DNA from: a virus
IMG/VR virus record: IMGVR_UViG_3300036819_000087
Location: 1-64,000 of that record
Length of the DNA stretch: 64,000 bases
Strand: one strand, 5' to 3'
Shown piece after piece: positions 38,120-47,264 of this stretch (positions are counted from its first letter, which is position 1; each line of letters starts with the position of its first letter). A program made the position numbers and the translations under genes. Under the pieces are notes generated by a model. That model was not told where the DNA came from, did no database searches, and was given only the letters and a program-made list of their open reading frames with translations.

Positions 38120-38355
38120 AGAACGGGCAGCGCTGGCCGAGCCTGGACGGCTGGCCCGGCTGGTGCCGGTACGACCTCTACAGCGTCCTCGCCGGGGTCG
38201 CTGTCGCCTGGGTGCTCTACCCAGTGGTCATCACGGTCACCGGGGTCGGCTGGCATTTGTGGCCCACGGCCGGCGCGGTGATCGGTCCCCCGATCGTGAT
38301 CACCGTGGGGGCGGTTCGCTGGGCGCGGTACAGGTCGAGGAGGTGGGGCCGGTGA
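38116..38355 (+). CDS. Small membrane protein
   Basis: Two hydrophobic segments; GTGA overlap. Confidence 0.5.
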   Translation: MKNGQRWPSLDGWPGWCRYDLYSVLAGVAVAWVLYPVVITVTGVGWHLWPTAGAVIGPPIVITVGAVRWARYRSRRWGR

Positions 38356-38586
38356 GGCTCCACTACGACCGGCGCGGCCGCCGGCGAGGCTACTCGCTTC
38401 GCCCGGCCGAGGCCGGCGGGTTCCTCATGGTCAAGGGCGTCGGCCTGCTGCTCCTGCTGTTCGCTCCGCTGATCCTCACCGCTCGGCACGGGCATCCCAC
38501 TACGGTGGGGGTGGGTTCTGGCAGTGATCGAATGGGCCGTGGTCGCCGGGTGGTGGCTCGGCCGGGGGTGGAGAGGTCGTGGATGA
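38352..38586 (+). pseudogene. Small membrane protein, frameshifted at a G5 run
   Basis: Removing one G at 38507-38511 restores TVGWVLAVIEWAVVAGWWLG...* ending in an ATGA overlap with the next gene. Confidence 0.45.
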
Positions 38587-38804
38587 TGTTCCGGACGCTG
38601 TACCGGGCGTTCCTGCTGACCGGGGGCGCGATGCTCGGGGAGACGATCGCCTCGTACACGGTGCCGGCCGGGACGGCCAGCCACGCACGTCTCGCGGTCG
38701 GCTGGCTAGCCGGCGGCGGCGTGTGGGCGGCCGGGGGGGTGCTCGCCGAGTACGTCGTCTGGCGGGTCGCTGTCCGCCGGTGGCGGCGGGGCCGGTCGAT
38801 CTAG
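38583..38804 (+). CDS. Small membrane protein
   Basis: Two hydrophobic segments, basic C-terminus. Confidence 0.5.
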   Translation: MMFRTLYRAFLLTGGAMLGETIASYTVPAGTASHARLAVGWLAGGGVWAAGGVLAEYVVWRVAVRRWRRGRSI

Positions 38805-38812
38805 GCTGGGCG

Positions 38813-39007
38813 GTGATCCGGACGGGGTTCCTGACGGTGGCGTGCTGCGCGACCGGGACGATCATCGGCGGGGTGTACGCCGCGGCCCATTTCGCGATGC
38901 CGCTGGCCGAGGTCGGGTGGATCATCCACGTCACCGGGACGGCGGGCCTGGCCGTGGGCTGGGCGATTGGGCTGGCCTGGACGCATCGGGAGGTGTTCCA
39001 TCGCTAG
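38813..39007 (+). CDS. Small membrane protein
   Basis: Two hydrophobic segments; TAGGCT just upstream. Confidence 0.45.
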   Translation: MIRTGFLTVACCATGTIIGGVYAAAHFAMPLAEVGWIIHVTGTAGLAVGWAIGLAWTHREVFHR

Positions 39008-39037
39008 ACTCGCCTTTGCGATGAACGGCACGACCGG

Positions 39038-39298
39038 TTAAACGGGCAGCCCCCTGGGATACGCGCTTCCAGGGGGCTGTTCGCTGTCTGACCTGGGTTT
39101 CTCGGCGGTCGCGTACCAGACACCGTCCCACGTGCCGGGGGCGAACGCGGCGACCTCCTCGTCCTCGTCGTAAATCAGCAGGTAGCTCGGTTGCGGGTCA
39201 CCGGCGGCCGGGGCCAGCCGGTACTGGGTGCCGTGGAGATGGCAGACGGCGTTGGGCTGGTCGATGACGATAACGCGCTGTGGCGGCTGGGGAGACAT
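39038..39298 (-). CDS. Hypothetical protein
   Basis: TAACCT 7 nt before ATG. Confidence 0.55.
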   Translation of the reverse strand: MSPQPPQRVIVIDQPNAVCHLHGTQYRLAPAAGDPQPSYLLIYDEDEEVAAFAPGTWDGVWYATAEKPRSDSEQPPGSAYPRGLPV

Positions 39299-39308
39299 AG
39301 CCACCAGG

Positions 39309-40877
39309 TTAGGCCGGAGCCGGTTCGGTCGCGTCGGCCAGGTCGGCGGGGACCGCCGTCCCGCAATGCGGGCAGGTTTTCTTCCCCGCGGACAGGTACC
39401 CGTGGCCGCAGCCGGCGCATTTGACCACACCGTAGGCACCCAGCCAACTGCCGCTGATCAGGTCCTTCATGTCGGTGAACCCCCACACCAGCGCGTCGAG
39501 CCGGTCCGGTGACTCGGGGTCGAGCGGGGACCAGGAGCAGAGCTGGTCTTCCAGGAGCGGGAACGACCCGAGGTGATGGATGCGGTGCTGCTCATACAGC
39601 GCACTGATTGGTTCCGCACGGGTCGCTTTGCCGTGGGTGGCGCGGACGGCCCGGTAGGCGATCCCCGGGTCGACCGCGTGGAGCAGGGAGCCGATGTAGT
39701 CGCCGCCGTTGTTGACCTCGGCCACGACCCGGTCCGCGTCGTGATGCTTGGCCGCCCACACCGCTTTCACCATCACCTGCTGGGGGGTGCCGCGCATCGT
39801 GTAGTCGGCGATCACGAACCCGTTGCCGTCCCGGGAGGCCCCGACCACGATGATCCCGGTCTCCGCCGAGCTTTCGCCGTCGGAGACGGCCGGGTCGAGG
39901 GCGACGACCACGCGGATCATGTCCGGGACCGGCACCGCAGGCCACCGGTCCTGGTCGATCCAGTCGCGGCGCCACAGGGCGTCCTCGCGGTCCTCCAGGA
40001 GCTCGGCGTCGAGTTCCTGCCGGCCGAGGCGAGTGCCCATCAGGGGCGCGATGACCTCGGCCTTGTACGTGTCGGACAGGTTGGCCAGGTTGTCGACGGT
40101 CCGGCCGCGGGTGATGATCGTGGTCGCCCGCTGCATCAAACCGGCCCGGGCCGGATCCGGGTCCTGGGTGCGGAGCAGGCTGACGGGGCGGGGCGTGGTC
40201 GCCACCACGATCTGCGTCCTGTAATCATCCGGCCAGCCCGGCTTCGCGGGGAGGCGGGTGCCGATTGTCAGGTTCGACCAGGTCGTGTCGGTGATCGTCC
40301 CCTTGTGCGCGTCGGTCCAGAACGCCGACTCATCCCCCCACGCGAAATGATGCTGGGGTCCGCGCAGGCGGCGGGGCTTCTCCGAGCTGTACGTTTTGAA
40401 CCGGGACCCGTTGGCCATGTACAGCTCACCGAGCGACCGGTTCCAGGCGACCTCGGGGTCACCGCCGCGCAGCTCACCCGGTTCGAGGCAGCCCAGCAGG
40501 CCGGATTCGCCTTCCACCATGGTGTCGCGGGCGTCCGCGATCGTGCTGGCGACCAGCGCGATCCGGGCCCCCGGGTACTTGCGGGCCTTCTCCGCGCTCC
40601 ATTCGGCCGCCGTCCTCGACTTGCCCCAGCCCCGCCCGGCCAGGATGAGCCACACGAACCAGTCCCCCGCCGGGGCCAACTGGTCCGGCCGCGCGACCTC
40701 GACCCACGGCTTGTGCGGGTCGAGTTCCTCAACGTCGAGGAGATCCAGGAGCCGCTGACGTTCGGTGGGGTCAAGCTTCGCGAGGAACCGGCGCCGCGTC
40801 TCCAGATCCCACGCCAGCCACCTCGTCCGCAAGCTGGAAGAGGCGGGCGTCGATCGCGTCAATGGTCCTGACCTCAT
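39309..40877 (-). CDS. terL: Terminase large subunit
   Basis: AGRGWGKS Walker A, WGDE Walker B, TTP coupling motif, nuclease VALDPA and SPDRLDA. Confidence 0.95.
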   Translation of the reverse strand: MRSGPLTRSTPASSSLRTRWLAWDLETRRRFLAKLDPTERQRLLDLLDVEELDPHKPWVEVARPDQLAPAGDWFVWLILAGRGWGKSRTAAEWSAEKARKYPGARIALVASTIADARDTMVEGESGLLGCLEPGELRGGDPEVAWNRSLGELYMANGSRFKTYSSEKPRRLRGPQHHFAWGDESAFWTDAHKGTITDTTWSNLTIGTRLPAKPGWPDDYRTQIVVATTPRPVSLLRTQDPDPARAGLMQRATTIITRGRTVDNLANLSDTYKAEVIAPLMGTRLGRQELDAELLEDREDALWRRDWIDQDRWPAVPVPDMIRVVVALDPAVSDGESSAETGIIVVGASRDGNGFVIADYTMRGTPQQVMVKAVWAAKHHDADRVVAEVNNGGDYIGSLLHAVDPGIAYRAVRATHGKATRAEPISALYEQHRIHHLGSFPLLEDQLCSWSPLDPESPDRLDALVWGFTDMKDLISGSWLGAYGVVKCAGCGHGYLSAGKKTCPHCGTAVPADLADATEPAPA

Positions 40878-41304
40878 GCCGTTGGGGAGCGTCCAAGCCG
40901 AGGAGCCGGGCCCGCCGCTCCGACACCCGGATCAGCCCGTTGACCGCCTGGATGACCGGGCCGTCGTCCTCGATCGGCGTCCCCGTGACCGGGTGCCTCG
41001 CGACCTTCCCCGACGCGCTCACCGAGTAATGCTTAGTCAGCAGAACCCGGTGCAGGACCCGGGTGAGTTCATCGAGGCGGTCCGCTTCGAGCGCGCGGAC
41101 CTCCTCGGCCGCGTCCCGGGCCACGTCGGCCATGGCCCGCTGGACCGCCTCATACGAGGTCGACACCGACTTGTGGCCAAGCTCGGTAGCGATCTGCGGG
41201 TAGGTCATGCCGCGGCGGCGGAGGTCGAGGGCGCGGGCGTCCTTCTCCCGGGTCGCGACGCTGCGGCGGCGCCCTCGGGTGCTGCCGGTATTTCTCATGC
41301 TCAT
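40771..41304 (-). CDS. Terminase small subunit (HTH)
   Basis: ALDLRRRGMTYPQIATELG HTH and ERRARLLGLDAP; overlaps terL. Confidence 0.8.
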   Translation of the reverse strand: MSMRNTGSTRGRRRSVATREKDARALDLRRRGMTYPQIATELGHKSVSTSYEAVQRAMADVARDAAEEVRALEADRLDELTRVLHRVLLTKHYSVSASGKVARHPVTGTPIEDDGPVIQAVNGLIRVSERRARLLGLDAPQRHEVRTIDAIDARLFQLADEVAGVGSGDAAPVPREA

Positions 41305-41402
41305 TGGTTTCGCCGAATTCCGAGGTCGTCAACGTTCCCGTTGACAGGAGGGGGTGGGGGGTGCAGTGTGGTGGTGTACCAACCGCAACCGAGGAGCAGA
41401 CG

Positions 41403-41657
41403 ATGAGCAGCGCGGACGGTTTCAACACCATGAAGGATGTCCTTGACCAGGCACGGAACGGTGACATGGTCACGGCGCTGGCGGCCGGTACCGTCGCGGT
41501 GGACGTGATGTCCTCGGCCCGCAGCGACACGGTCTACAACGACGCGGCGGCGGCGCTCGCGGCGGCGTTCCTCACGATCAAGGACACCCACCTCGCGTCG
41601 CACCCGCATCTGGCCCACGCGGTCGCGGACCATGCGAAGCGGATCGCCGCCCTGTAA
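41403..41657 (+). CDS. Hypothetical protein (stand-alone insert)
   Basis: TTGACA at 41341, GCAACCGAGGAG motif, own downstream hairpin. Confidence 0.6.
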   Translation: MSSADGFNTMKDVLDQARNGDMVTALAAGTVAVDVMSSARSDTVYNDAAAALAAAFLTIKDTHLASHPHLAHAVADHAKRIAAL

Positions 41658-41673
41658 CCCCGGTTCCCGTTCT

Positions 41674-41704
41674 GCGGCCCGTCCCCCGACTGGGGGCGGG
41701 CCGT
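41674..41704. terminator. Hairpin between convergent genes
   Basis: GCGGCCCGTCCCCC/GGGGGCGGGCCGT stem. Confidence 0.55.
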
Positions 41705-41706
41705 AG

Positions 41707-43383
41707 CTATGTGAGGTCGAGGGGTTCGAGGTGCCCGTCGGGGGTGAGGCGGTGGGGCTGGTCACCGGTGTGCTCGGCCCACCTGCGGGCGATCACGTCG
41801 ACGTACCGGGGTTCGAGTTCGACAGCGGCGACCCTGCGGCCGAGGTGGTGGGCGGCGATGAACTCGGGGCCGGTGCCAGCGAACGGGACGGCGATGAGGT
41901 CGCCGGGGCGGGTGCTGGTCTTGATGGTGCGGGCGATCATGTCGACGGGTTTGGGGGTGGCGTGCCCGTACCGTTCCTCCCCGGCGACCCGGCCGAACTG
42001 CCACACGTCGTGGGTGTTGTCGAACGGGGTTCGCTGTTCCCGCAACTGGGCGGCCAGCTCGCGGCGGTAGGCGTTCCCGCCGTCCTTGGCTTCGGGGAAC
42101 AGTTCGGCGAACAGTTCGTCGTAGTCGCGGGTGAACGCGCGGCCCGCGGCGGCCTCCGCAAGTGCCTCGTAGTGCTTGCGGGAGATCGGGATGAACTGGG
42201 ACTGGGAGAACCAGTGGCCGGCCATCTGGGTGCCGGTGAGGCCGTTGGCGTCCCGGTTGGTCCAGCCGACTTTGTCGCGTTGCTCGACCAGGTGGACGCG
42301 GAGCGGCTCGTAGCCTTCCCAGTATTCGTCCTTGTTCTGGTTGCCCAGGAACTGCTGGCCGCGCATGAGGAACAGGCACCGTTCGGAGGCGATCGGGTAG
42401 GAGTGGCCGTTGTTGCTGGCCATGCCGGGGGTGCTGGCTTTGTCCCAGACGATCTCGTTGCGGACCATCAGGCTGTCGTCGTCGCCGAGGCCGCCACGCC
42501 ACCACAGGCGCCACAGGTCGGGGGCGTTGCCCCAGATGTACGCGGACCCGTTGACGGCCAGGTGGTCGCGCCACACCTGCCACCAGGCCATCTGGAAGGC
42601 GTCGAGCTTGGGGCCGTACAGGTTGTCGTTGGCGATCCCGTCGGCTTCTTTGCCCATCCCGTAGGGCGGGTCGGCGTGGACCATGACCGGGGTCTGGCCG
42701 AACAGGACCTGGGCGACGTGCTCGGGGTTGGTGGAGTCTCCGCAGAGCAGGGCGTGCCGTGGCCACGCCGCGGCTTCCCACTGGTGGCCGACCGGGCAGG
42801 TGCGGGGCTGGACGTGGCCGAGGTCGCCGCCGGCCGCCCACTGGCCGCATTCGGGGCAGGCCGAGCCGAGGCCACCGAACACCAGCAGATCACCGGGGCG
42901 GGTGACCGCTTCGGGTTCGGGTTCGGGGATAGCGTCGGGTTCGGTGAGTCCCTCACCCTGGCCGCTACCGTCGTCGCCGGTGTCGGCGGCCAGGAGTGCC
43001 TGGAGGTCCTCGTCGGTCCAGCCGGTGCCCACATAGTCACCGTCGAACGACGTGAGGAGGGCGGCGAGGTCAGCGTCGTCGTAGGTGCCGAGCTCGGCGG
43101 ACCGGTTGTCGACCGCGTTGATGCGGCGAGCCTCGTCGTCGTCGCATTCGACCAGCTCGCAGCGCGCCGACGGGCGGCCGAGTCGGCCGAGCGCGTCGAA
43201 CGTGTGGTTCCCGGCCAGGATCACCAGGCCGTTGCCGGTGTCGCGGACGACCAGGGACCGGTACTGGTCGAGGCGGGCGAGGGACTCGGCGATCAGGGCG
43301 ACATCACCGCGGCGGGCGTTGCCGGGGAACCGTTCGAGCTGGCCGAGGGGCACGTCGCGGGTGTCGAGGTATTTCGCCGGCAC
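41707..43383 (-). CDS. ParB-like N-terminal domain fused to an amino (N6-A/N4-C) DNA methyltransferase
   Basis: GNARR and LAGNH ParB-like motifs; LLCGDS, DPPY, HATPKP and PFAGTG methyltransferase motifs (beta class). Confidence 0.88.
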   Translation of the reverse strand: MPAKYLDTRDVPLGQLERFPGNARRGDVALIAESLARLDQYRSLVVRDTGNGLVILAGNHTFDALGRLGRPSARCELVECDDDEARRINAVDNRSAELGTYDDADLAALLTSFDGDYVGTGWTDEDLQALLAADTGDDGSGQGEGLTEPDAIPEPEPEAVTRPGDLLVFGGLGSACPECGQWAAGGDLGHVQPRTCPVGHQWEAAAWPRHALLCGDSTNPEHVAQVLFGQTPVMVHADPPYGMGKEADGIANDNLYGPKLDAFQMAWWQVWRDHLAVNGSAYIWGNAPDLWRLWWRGGLGDDDSLMVRNEIVWDKASTPGMASNNGHSYPIASERCLFLMRGQQFLGNQNKDEYWEGYEPLRVHLVEQRDKVGWTNRDANGLTGTQMAGHWFSQSQFIPISRKHYEALAEAAAGRAFTRDYDELFAELFPEAKDGGNAYRRELAAQLREQRTPFDNTHDVWQFGRVAGEERYGHATPKPVDMIARTIKTSTRPGDLIAVPFAGTGPEFIAAHHLGRRVAAVELEPRYVDVIARRWAEHTGDQPHRLTPDGHLEPLDLT

Positions 43384-43420
43384 GGGTCACCCCTATCCGG
43401 GCATATCTCGAGTGGTGGTT

Positions 43421-43666
43421 TCAGGCGGCGGCGCGGCGGTCGCGTTGCTCGGCGAGGGCGGCGGCCTTGGCCGCGTCGATCAGCCGGTACTTGGGGCGGC
43501 CGCGGCCGTCCCGGATCTCCCGGCCGCCGCCGTCGACCGCGACGGGGAGGAGTCCCCGGTCCCGCCAGTTGCAGACGGCCTGGACGCTGACGTTCCGGTC
43601 GGGTCTGGTGGCCCACGCGGCGACCTGGGAGGCGGTCAGCAGTGCCTGGAGGTCGAGGTCGGTCAC
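43421..43666 (-). CDS. MerR-like HTH DNA-binding protein
   Basis: LLTASQVA...VSVQAVCNWRDRGLL...RPKYRL. Confidence 0.7.
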   Translation of the reverse strand: MTDLDLQALLTASQVAAWATRPDRNVSVQAVCNWRDRGLLPVAVDGGGREIRDGRGRPKYRLIDAAKAAALAEQRDRRAAA

Positions 43667-43786
43667 AGGATCACCCCCGGGCATAAAAAAGCGGCCCGCG
43701 GGGCGCTGGGCTCCTGCGGGCGTAGTGATCCACTCGCGATACTACACAGTGAAGTCCCCGCCGCAAGTGTGCCGCGTTGATGCTGG

Positions 43787-44554
43787 TCATCGTGTCGGCG
43801 GTGCGGCGGCCAGGCTGTCGACGATCGCCTCGTATTCGCCGTACTTCAGGACGCGGCCGCAATTCGCGCAGGCCACGTTCTCTTCCCCCTCGACCCACAC
43901 CATGAGGCGGAGCCGGCAGAACGGGCAGCGGAGCGGTTTGGTGATTTTCCGGACGCCGGCTTTGGCTTGCCGGAACCAGGACTGATGCCAGGCGAGGACC
44001 TCCAGGCCGAACGCGGCAGCGAACGGGACCGGGCCAGCCTGCCCCGTCTCGACCGTGCCCGTGTACTGGAGGATGTCTTCGAGGTGGGTGCCGAGCCAGG
44101 CGATGACTTCGGTGGCGGCGGACGCGAGATGCCCGGACCGGGCCGGGGGCGGGGCGATCCCGAGCCGGTCGTGACAGAACAGGATCTTCCACCCGGTCAG
44201 GGTGCGGAGGAGCGCGTCGAGCTGGTCGCCGTACTCCGACGGGGACAGGGGTTCGGCGCTGCCGGAGACCCGCTCGGCGGCGTCGCTGGACGCGGTGTGG
44301 CCGTCGGCGGCGTAGCCGATCAGGGCGGCCAGCACGTCGAGTTCGGCGAGCGCTTCGCGGATACGGGACTCGTGCGGGGCGCACCACACCGGCCAGCCCC
44401 GGCGGGGTTTGGTGTCGGGGGGTTCGGGGCGGGACTGGTCCGGGTCGAGGCGGCCGTGGTCCGCGTATTCCTTGAGGGCGGCCCGGTAGGTGGCCATTTC
44501 GGCGCGGTAGTTTTTGTTGCAGGCGCCGGGGCAGATGCCGTCCTCGTAGGTCAT
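43787..44554 (-). CDS. Zn-finger putative late-gene regulator
   Basis: C-terminal CPFC...CANCG; position upstream of the packaging genes. Confidence 0.55.
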   Translation of the reverse strand: MTYEDGICPGACNKNYRAEMATYRAALKEYADHGRLDPDQSRPEPPDTKPRRGWPVWCAPHESRIREALAELDVLAALIGYAADGHTASSDAAERVSGSAEPLSPSEYGDQLDALLRTLTGWKILFCHDRLGIAPPPARSGHLASAATEVIAWLGTHLEDILQYTGTVETGQAGPVPFAAAFGLEVLAWHQSWFRQAKAGVRKITKPLRCPFCRLRLMVWVEGEENVACANCGRVLKYGEYEAIVDSLAAAPPTR

Positions 44555-44802
44555 GCGGTTAAGCGTGGCCGGCCGCAAGAGGTGCCGCCAACCTGAACGG
44601 CCCCCGGCCCGCCGTGGCGTTCACCACAAGCGGAGCACGGGGGCCGCTACCAGGGCCGCCGGGGCCCTCCCCGGTGGAAACGGGGAGGGAACACCGGACC
44701 GGCCGGTACTACCCGGCACCCGGGGTCTCCAGTCCCAAGCACCGGGCCGGCCTGCCGGGCCCTCCCCCAGGGCAGACGGGGAGGGATCATAGGCGGGCCG
44801 TC

Positions 44803-44949
44803 TTAGCCGCGGCCTCTCGTAACTCGGCGGGTGCGGCGGCGTGCTTCGCGGCGGCTCATACCACGGCCACGCATCGTGCGGTAGTAGACGCGGCCGTCAG
44901 CACGGTCATCGCGGCGTGTCTGCCGATCACGGCGGTTCTTCCCGAACAT
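44803..44949 (-). CDS. Very small Arg-rich protein
   Basis: GGAGG RBS, MFGKNRRDR... Confidence 0.45.
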   Translation of the reverse strand: MFGKNRRDRQTRRDDRADGRVYYRTMRGRGMSRREARRRTRRVTRGRG

Positions 44950-44962
44950 GGGTTTCCTCCGT

Positions 44963-45484
44963 TTATTCTGCTGTGCTGTCGCCGGGATCGGCGGGCAGTT
45001 CGGGCCAGATGTGGCGTTCACCGCGGGGGCCGGGCGGGACCGGGCCATCACCCCACGTGAACGTCTGCCACGGGCCTGGGGTGGTGTCGGTGCGGAGCCT
45101 GTACCTGGTCGTGGTGGGGTCGTCGAACAGGTCACGGGCCGCGTCATCCGCGGCGGCGGTGAACTTCTCGAACCGCATGTCGTCGGCTGCGGCCAGGTCG
45201 AGCGGCGCGGCCCTGCGGGTCCAGACGGCGCGGACCCGGCCCTCGCCGCGGCGGTAGAACAGGACCCAGCGGCGGGGCGCCCACTGGACCTGCAACCCAT
45301 GCTTGCCGCCGTGTCCGGGGATTACCCCCCACTTGATGCGACGGTCGCGGTGGTCAAGGCGGCGCATCCGCCACGCCTCGTACAGGCCCGTGAAAGGGCC
45401 GGGGTGACGGGGTGCGACGTAACCGCGGTAGGTGACGCGCCACATTCCCATCGCGATCCGCTCGAATGTTATCGGCGATTTCAT
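44963..45484 (-). CDS. Hypothetical basic protein
   Basis: ACAACCGAGGAG motif upstream. Confidence 0.6.
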   Translation of the reverse strand: MKSPITFERIAMGMWRVTYRGYVAPRHPGPFTGLYEAWRMRRLDHRDRRIKWGVIPGHGGKHGLQVQWAPRRWVLFYRRGEGRVRAVWTRRAAPLDLAAADDMRFEKFTAAADDAARDLFDDPTTTRYRLRTDTTPGPWQTFTWGDGPVPPGPRGERHIWPELPADPGDSTAE

Positions 45485-45502
45485 TGGGTTCTCCTCGGTT
45501 GT

Positions 45503-45868
45503 TCAGAATAGCGGGTCCATTATGGCCGCCAATTCGGCGGCGCGGGTGGCTTTCGCGGTTTCGGCGTGGTGCTCTTTGTCGTAATGCAAATGGCAGCCTT
45601 GGCACATTGCGCGGAGAATTGACGCGCCCAGGACGTTTATGTCCCAGCAGGCCGGCTGGTGGTTGAGGTGGGCGGTGGTCAAGATGACCCGGTTGCCGGT
45701 GCCGTAGGCGGCGCCCTCGTGCTCGTTCGGGCAGCGGCCGGGGTGGGTGCCCCGGCCGCACTCCCCCACGCATTCGCAGCGGCCGGCGGCCCGGACGAAC
45801 CGCACCCAGTACGTGATTGCCGTCCAGTTCGGCGGGTACAGGTGGCGGTTCTCCGGGCGGATCGGCAC
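45503..45868 (-). CDS. HNH-like endonuclease
   Basis: YPPNW...RA.GRCEC...LTTAHLNH...CQGCHLHYD. Confidence 0.7.
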   Translation of the reverse strand: MPIRPENRHLYPPNWTAITYWVRFVRAAGRCECVGECGRGTHPGRCPNEHEGAAYGTGNRVILTTAHLNHQPACWDINVLGASILRAMCQGCHLHYDKEHHAETAKATRAAELAAIMDPLF

Positions 45869-45871
45869 CGG

Positions 45872-46171
45872 TCAGCGGCCGTTCGTGCAGCGCCGCGGGC
45901 CGCTCATGATCTTCTTGCGCATGTCGTACAGGTAGCCGATGTAGCAGGTGGCGCCGAAGTCGATCACCCAGCAGACCCCCGCGCATTTCGAGCACACGCC
46001 GCGGTAGGCGGGCTGCCCTTTCCGTTTGGCCCACTTCATCTTGTGGCCGAGGCGGGTCAGGTCCTGGTGCTCGCGGACCTTCAGGCGGGTGCTGTTCCCG
46101 GTCGCGCCGACATCTTTGACAGCCTGCCGCGCCCATGTCCGCTGGACGCTTTCGTCGTCGCCGCGGGTCAT
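45872..46171 (-). CDS. Small basic GHxMxW/CxxC protein (paralog 3)
   Basis: GHKMKW...GVCSKC...RC. Confidence 0.6.
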   Translation of the reverse strand: MTRGDDESVQRTWARQAVKDVGATGNSTRLKVREHQDLTRLGHKMKWAKRKGQPAYRGVCSKCAGVCWVIDFGATCYIGYLYDMRKKIMSGPRRCTNGR

Positions 46172-46638
46172 GGTTTCTCGGACCCGTCGAGCCAGCGGGT
46201 GTAGTCGCCGTCTTCCAGGGGGTTCTTGTCGATGTCGCGGTGGAGGAGATGCACGTTGTACCCGGTCCGGTCGAGGTCGCCGGCGGTCAGGATCGCGATC
46301 GACGGGGACCGGTGCCGGCCTGCTGTGCAGCCGACCGCGATGGTGACGGGGACACTGCTGCGGCGTTTCCGCCCGTACAGTTGGGCGGTCATGGTCCGGG
46401 CCATGCCGGCGAGGTCGGTGACCAGGTCGCGGACGCCGGGCGTGTACATGACCCGGTCCAGGATCTCCTGGTCGCGGGCCGTCAGGGCGCGGAGGGCGGG
46501 GTCGACGCCGGGGTCGTGGAACCGGTGCTGGACGTTGACGGTGATCTCCGCGTCCGCGGGGGGTGGGCCGTTCCGGTACCCGAACGAGACCAGGACGACG
46601 TGGGTGCTGTCGGGGACGAACCCGGTGGTGGTGATCAC
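46168..46638 (-). CDS. RapZ C-terminal-domain-like protein
   Basis: SFGY..G.P, DP, IAVGCTAGRHRS and HRDI motifs. Confidence 0.8.
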   Translation of the reverse strand: MITTTGFVPDSTHVVLVSFGYRNGPPPADAEITVNVQHRFHDPGVDPALRALTARDQEILDRVMYTPGVRDLVTDLAGMARTMTAQLYGRKRRSSVPVTIAVGCTAGRHRSPSIAILTAGDLDRTGYNVHLLHRDIDKNPLEDGDYTRWLDGSEKP

Positions 46639-47039
46639 ACCGGCTCCTCGTCCTGCTGGCCTTCCAGCCAGCCGTTCTGGTCGGCGACCCACTCCGGGTA
46701 GGCGGGGCCGAGGAGGTCCCGGGCGACCTGGTCGGCGACGTAGTACAGGTGGAGGGGGCCGTGGTTCCCGCCGCCGGCTTCGGCCAGGTGGCCGAGGGCG
46801 CGGCCGACGCGGGCGATCAGCACGTCCGGGCCGGACTCAGCCCACCGGGTCTGCTGAACCAGGCGGACGTAGTCGAGGTACTGGGCGGTGAGGGCGAGCC
46901 GGTCGGCGACCAGCTCGGTGCGGGTCTCGGGCAGGGTGGCGCGGGCGGCCTGGTCCTGGATGTCGCGGGTGAGCCCTTCGAGGACCTCCCCGATCCGGGT
47001 CAGGTGCGGGAGCGCGGTCAGCGCGGGGGCGTCAGTCAT
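46635..47039 (-). CDS. Hypothetical protein
   Basis: ACAACCGAGGGA motif upstream. Confidence 0.6.
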   Translation of the reverse strand: MTDAPALTALPHLTRIGEVLEGLTRDIQDQAARATLPETRTELVADRLALTAQYLDYVRLVQQTRWAESGPDVLIARVGRALGHLAEAGGGNHGPLHLYYVADQVARDLLGPAYPEWVADQNGWLEGQQDEEPV

Positions 47040-47063
47040 GGTGTTTTCCCTCGGTTGTTGTGG

Positions 47064-47243
47064 TCACCGGGTGGTTCCGGTGTGAGCGTTGCGGCGTGCC
47101 TGGCGGATGGCGCGGCGGCCGTTCCGGCCCAGGGCCTTGCGGTGGGCACGCTCGGCTTTCCGGTCCAGCGGGCGGCGGCGGAAACGTGACTAGGCAAGGC
47201 CGGCGGCTAGCAGGGTGACCGCGGCGACGGCAGGCAGTGTCAT
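47064..47243 (-). pseudogene. Small membrane-anchored basic protein interrupted by an in-frame TAG
   Basis: Conserved start motif, then MTLPAVAAVTLLAAGLA*SRFRRRPLDRK...TTR*; amber codon at 47190-47192. Confidence 0.5.
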
Positions 47244-47264
47244 GCTGGTGTCGCTCCTCGGTTG

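Noticed and set aside
47190-47192. Genome-wide TAG recoding
   Set aside because: Other genes end normally at TAG (e.g. tail chaperone, GNAT, WhiB) and no suppressor tRNA is seen
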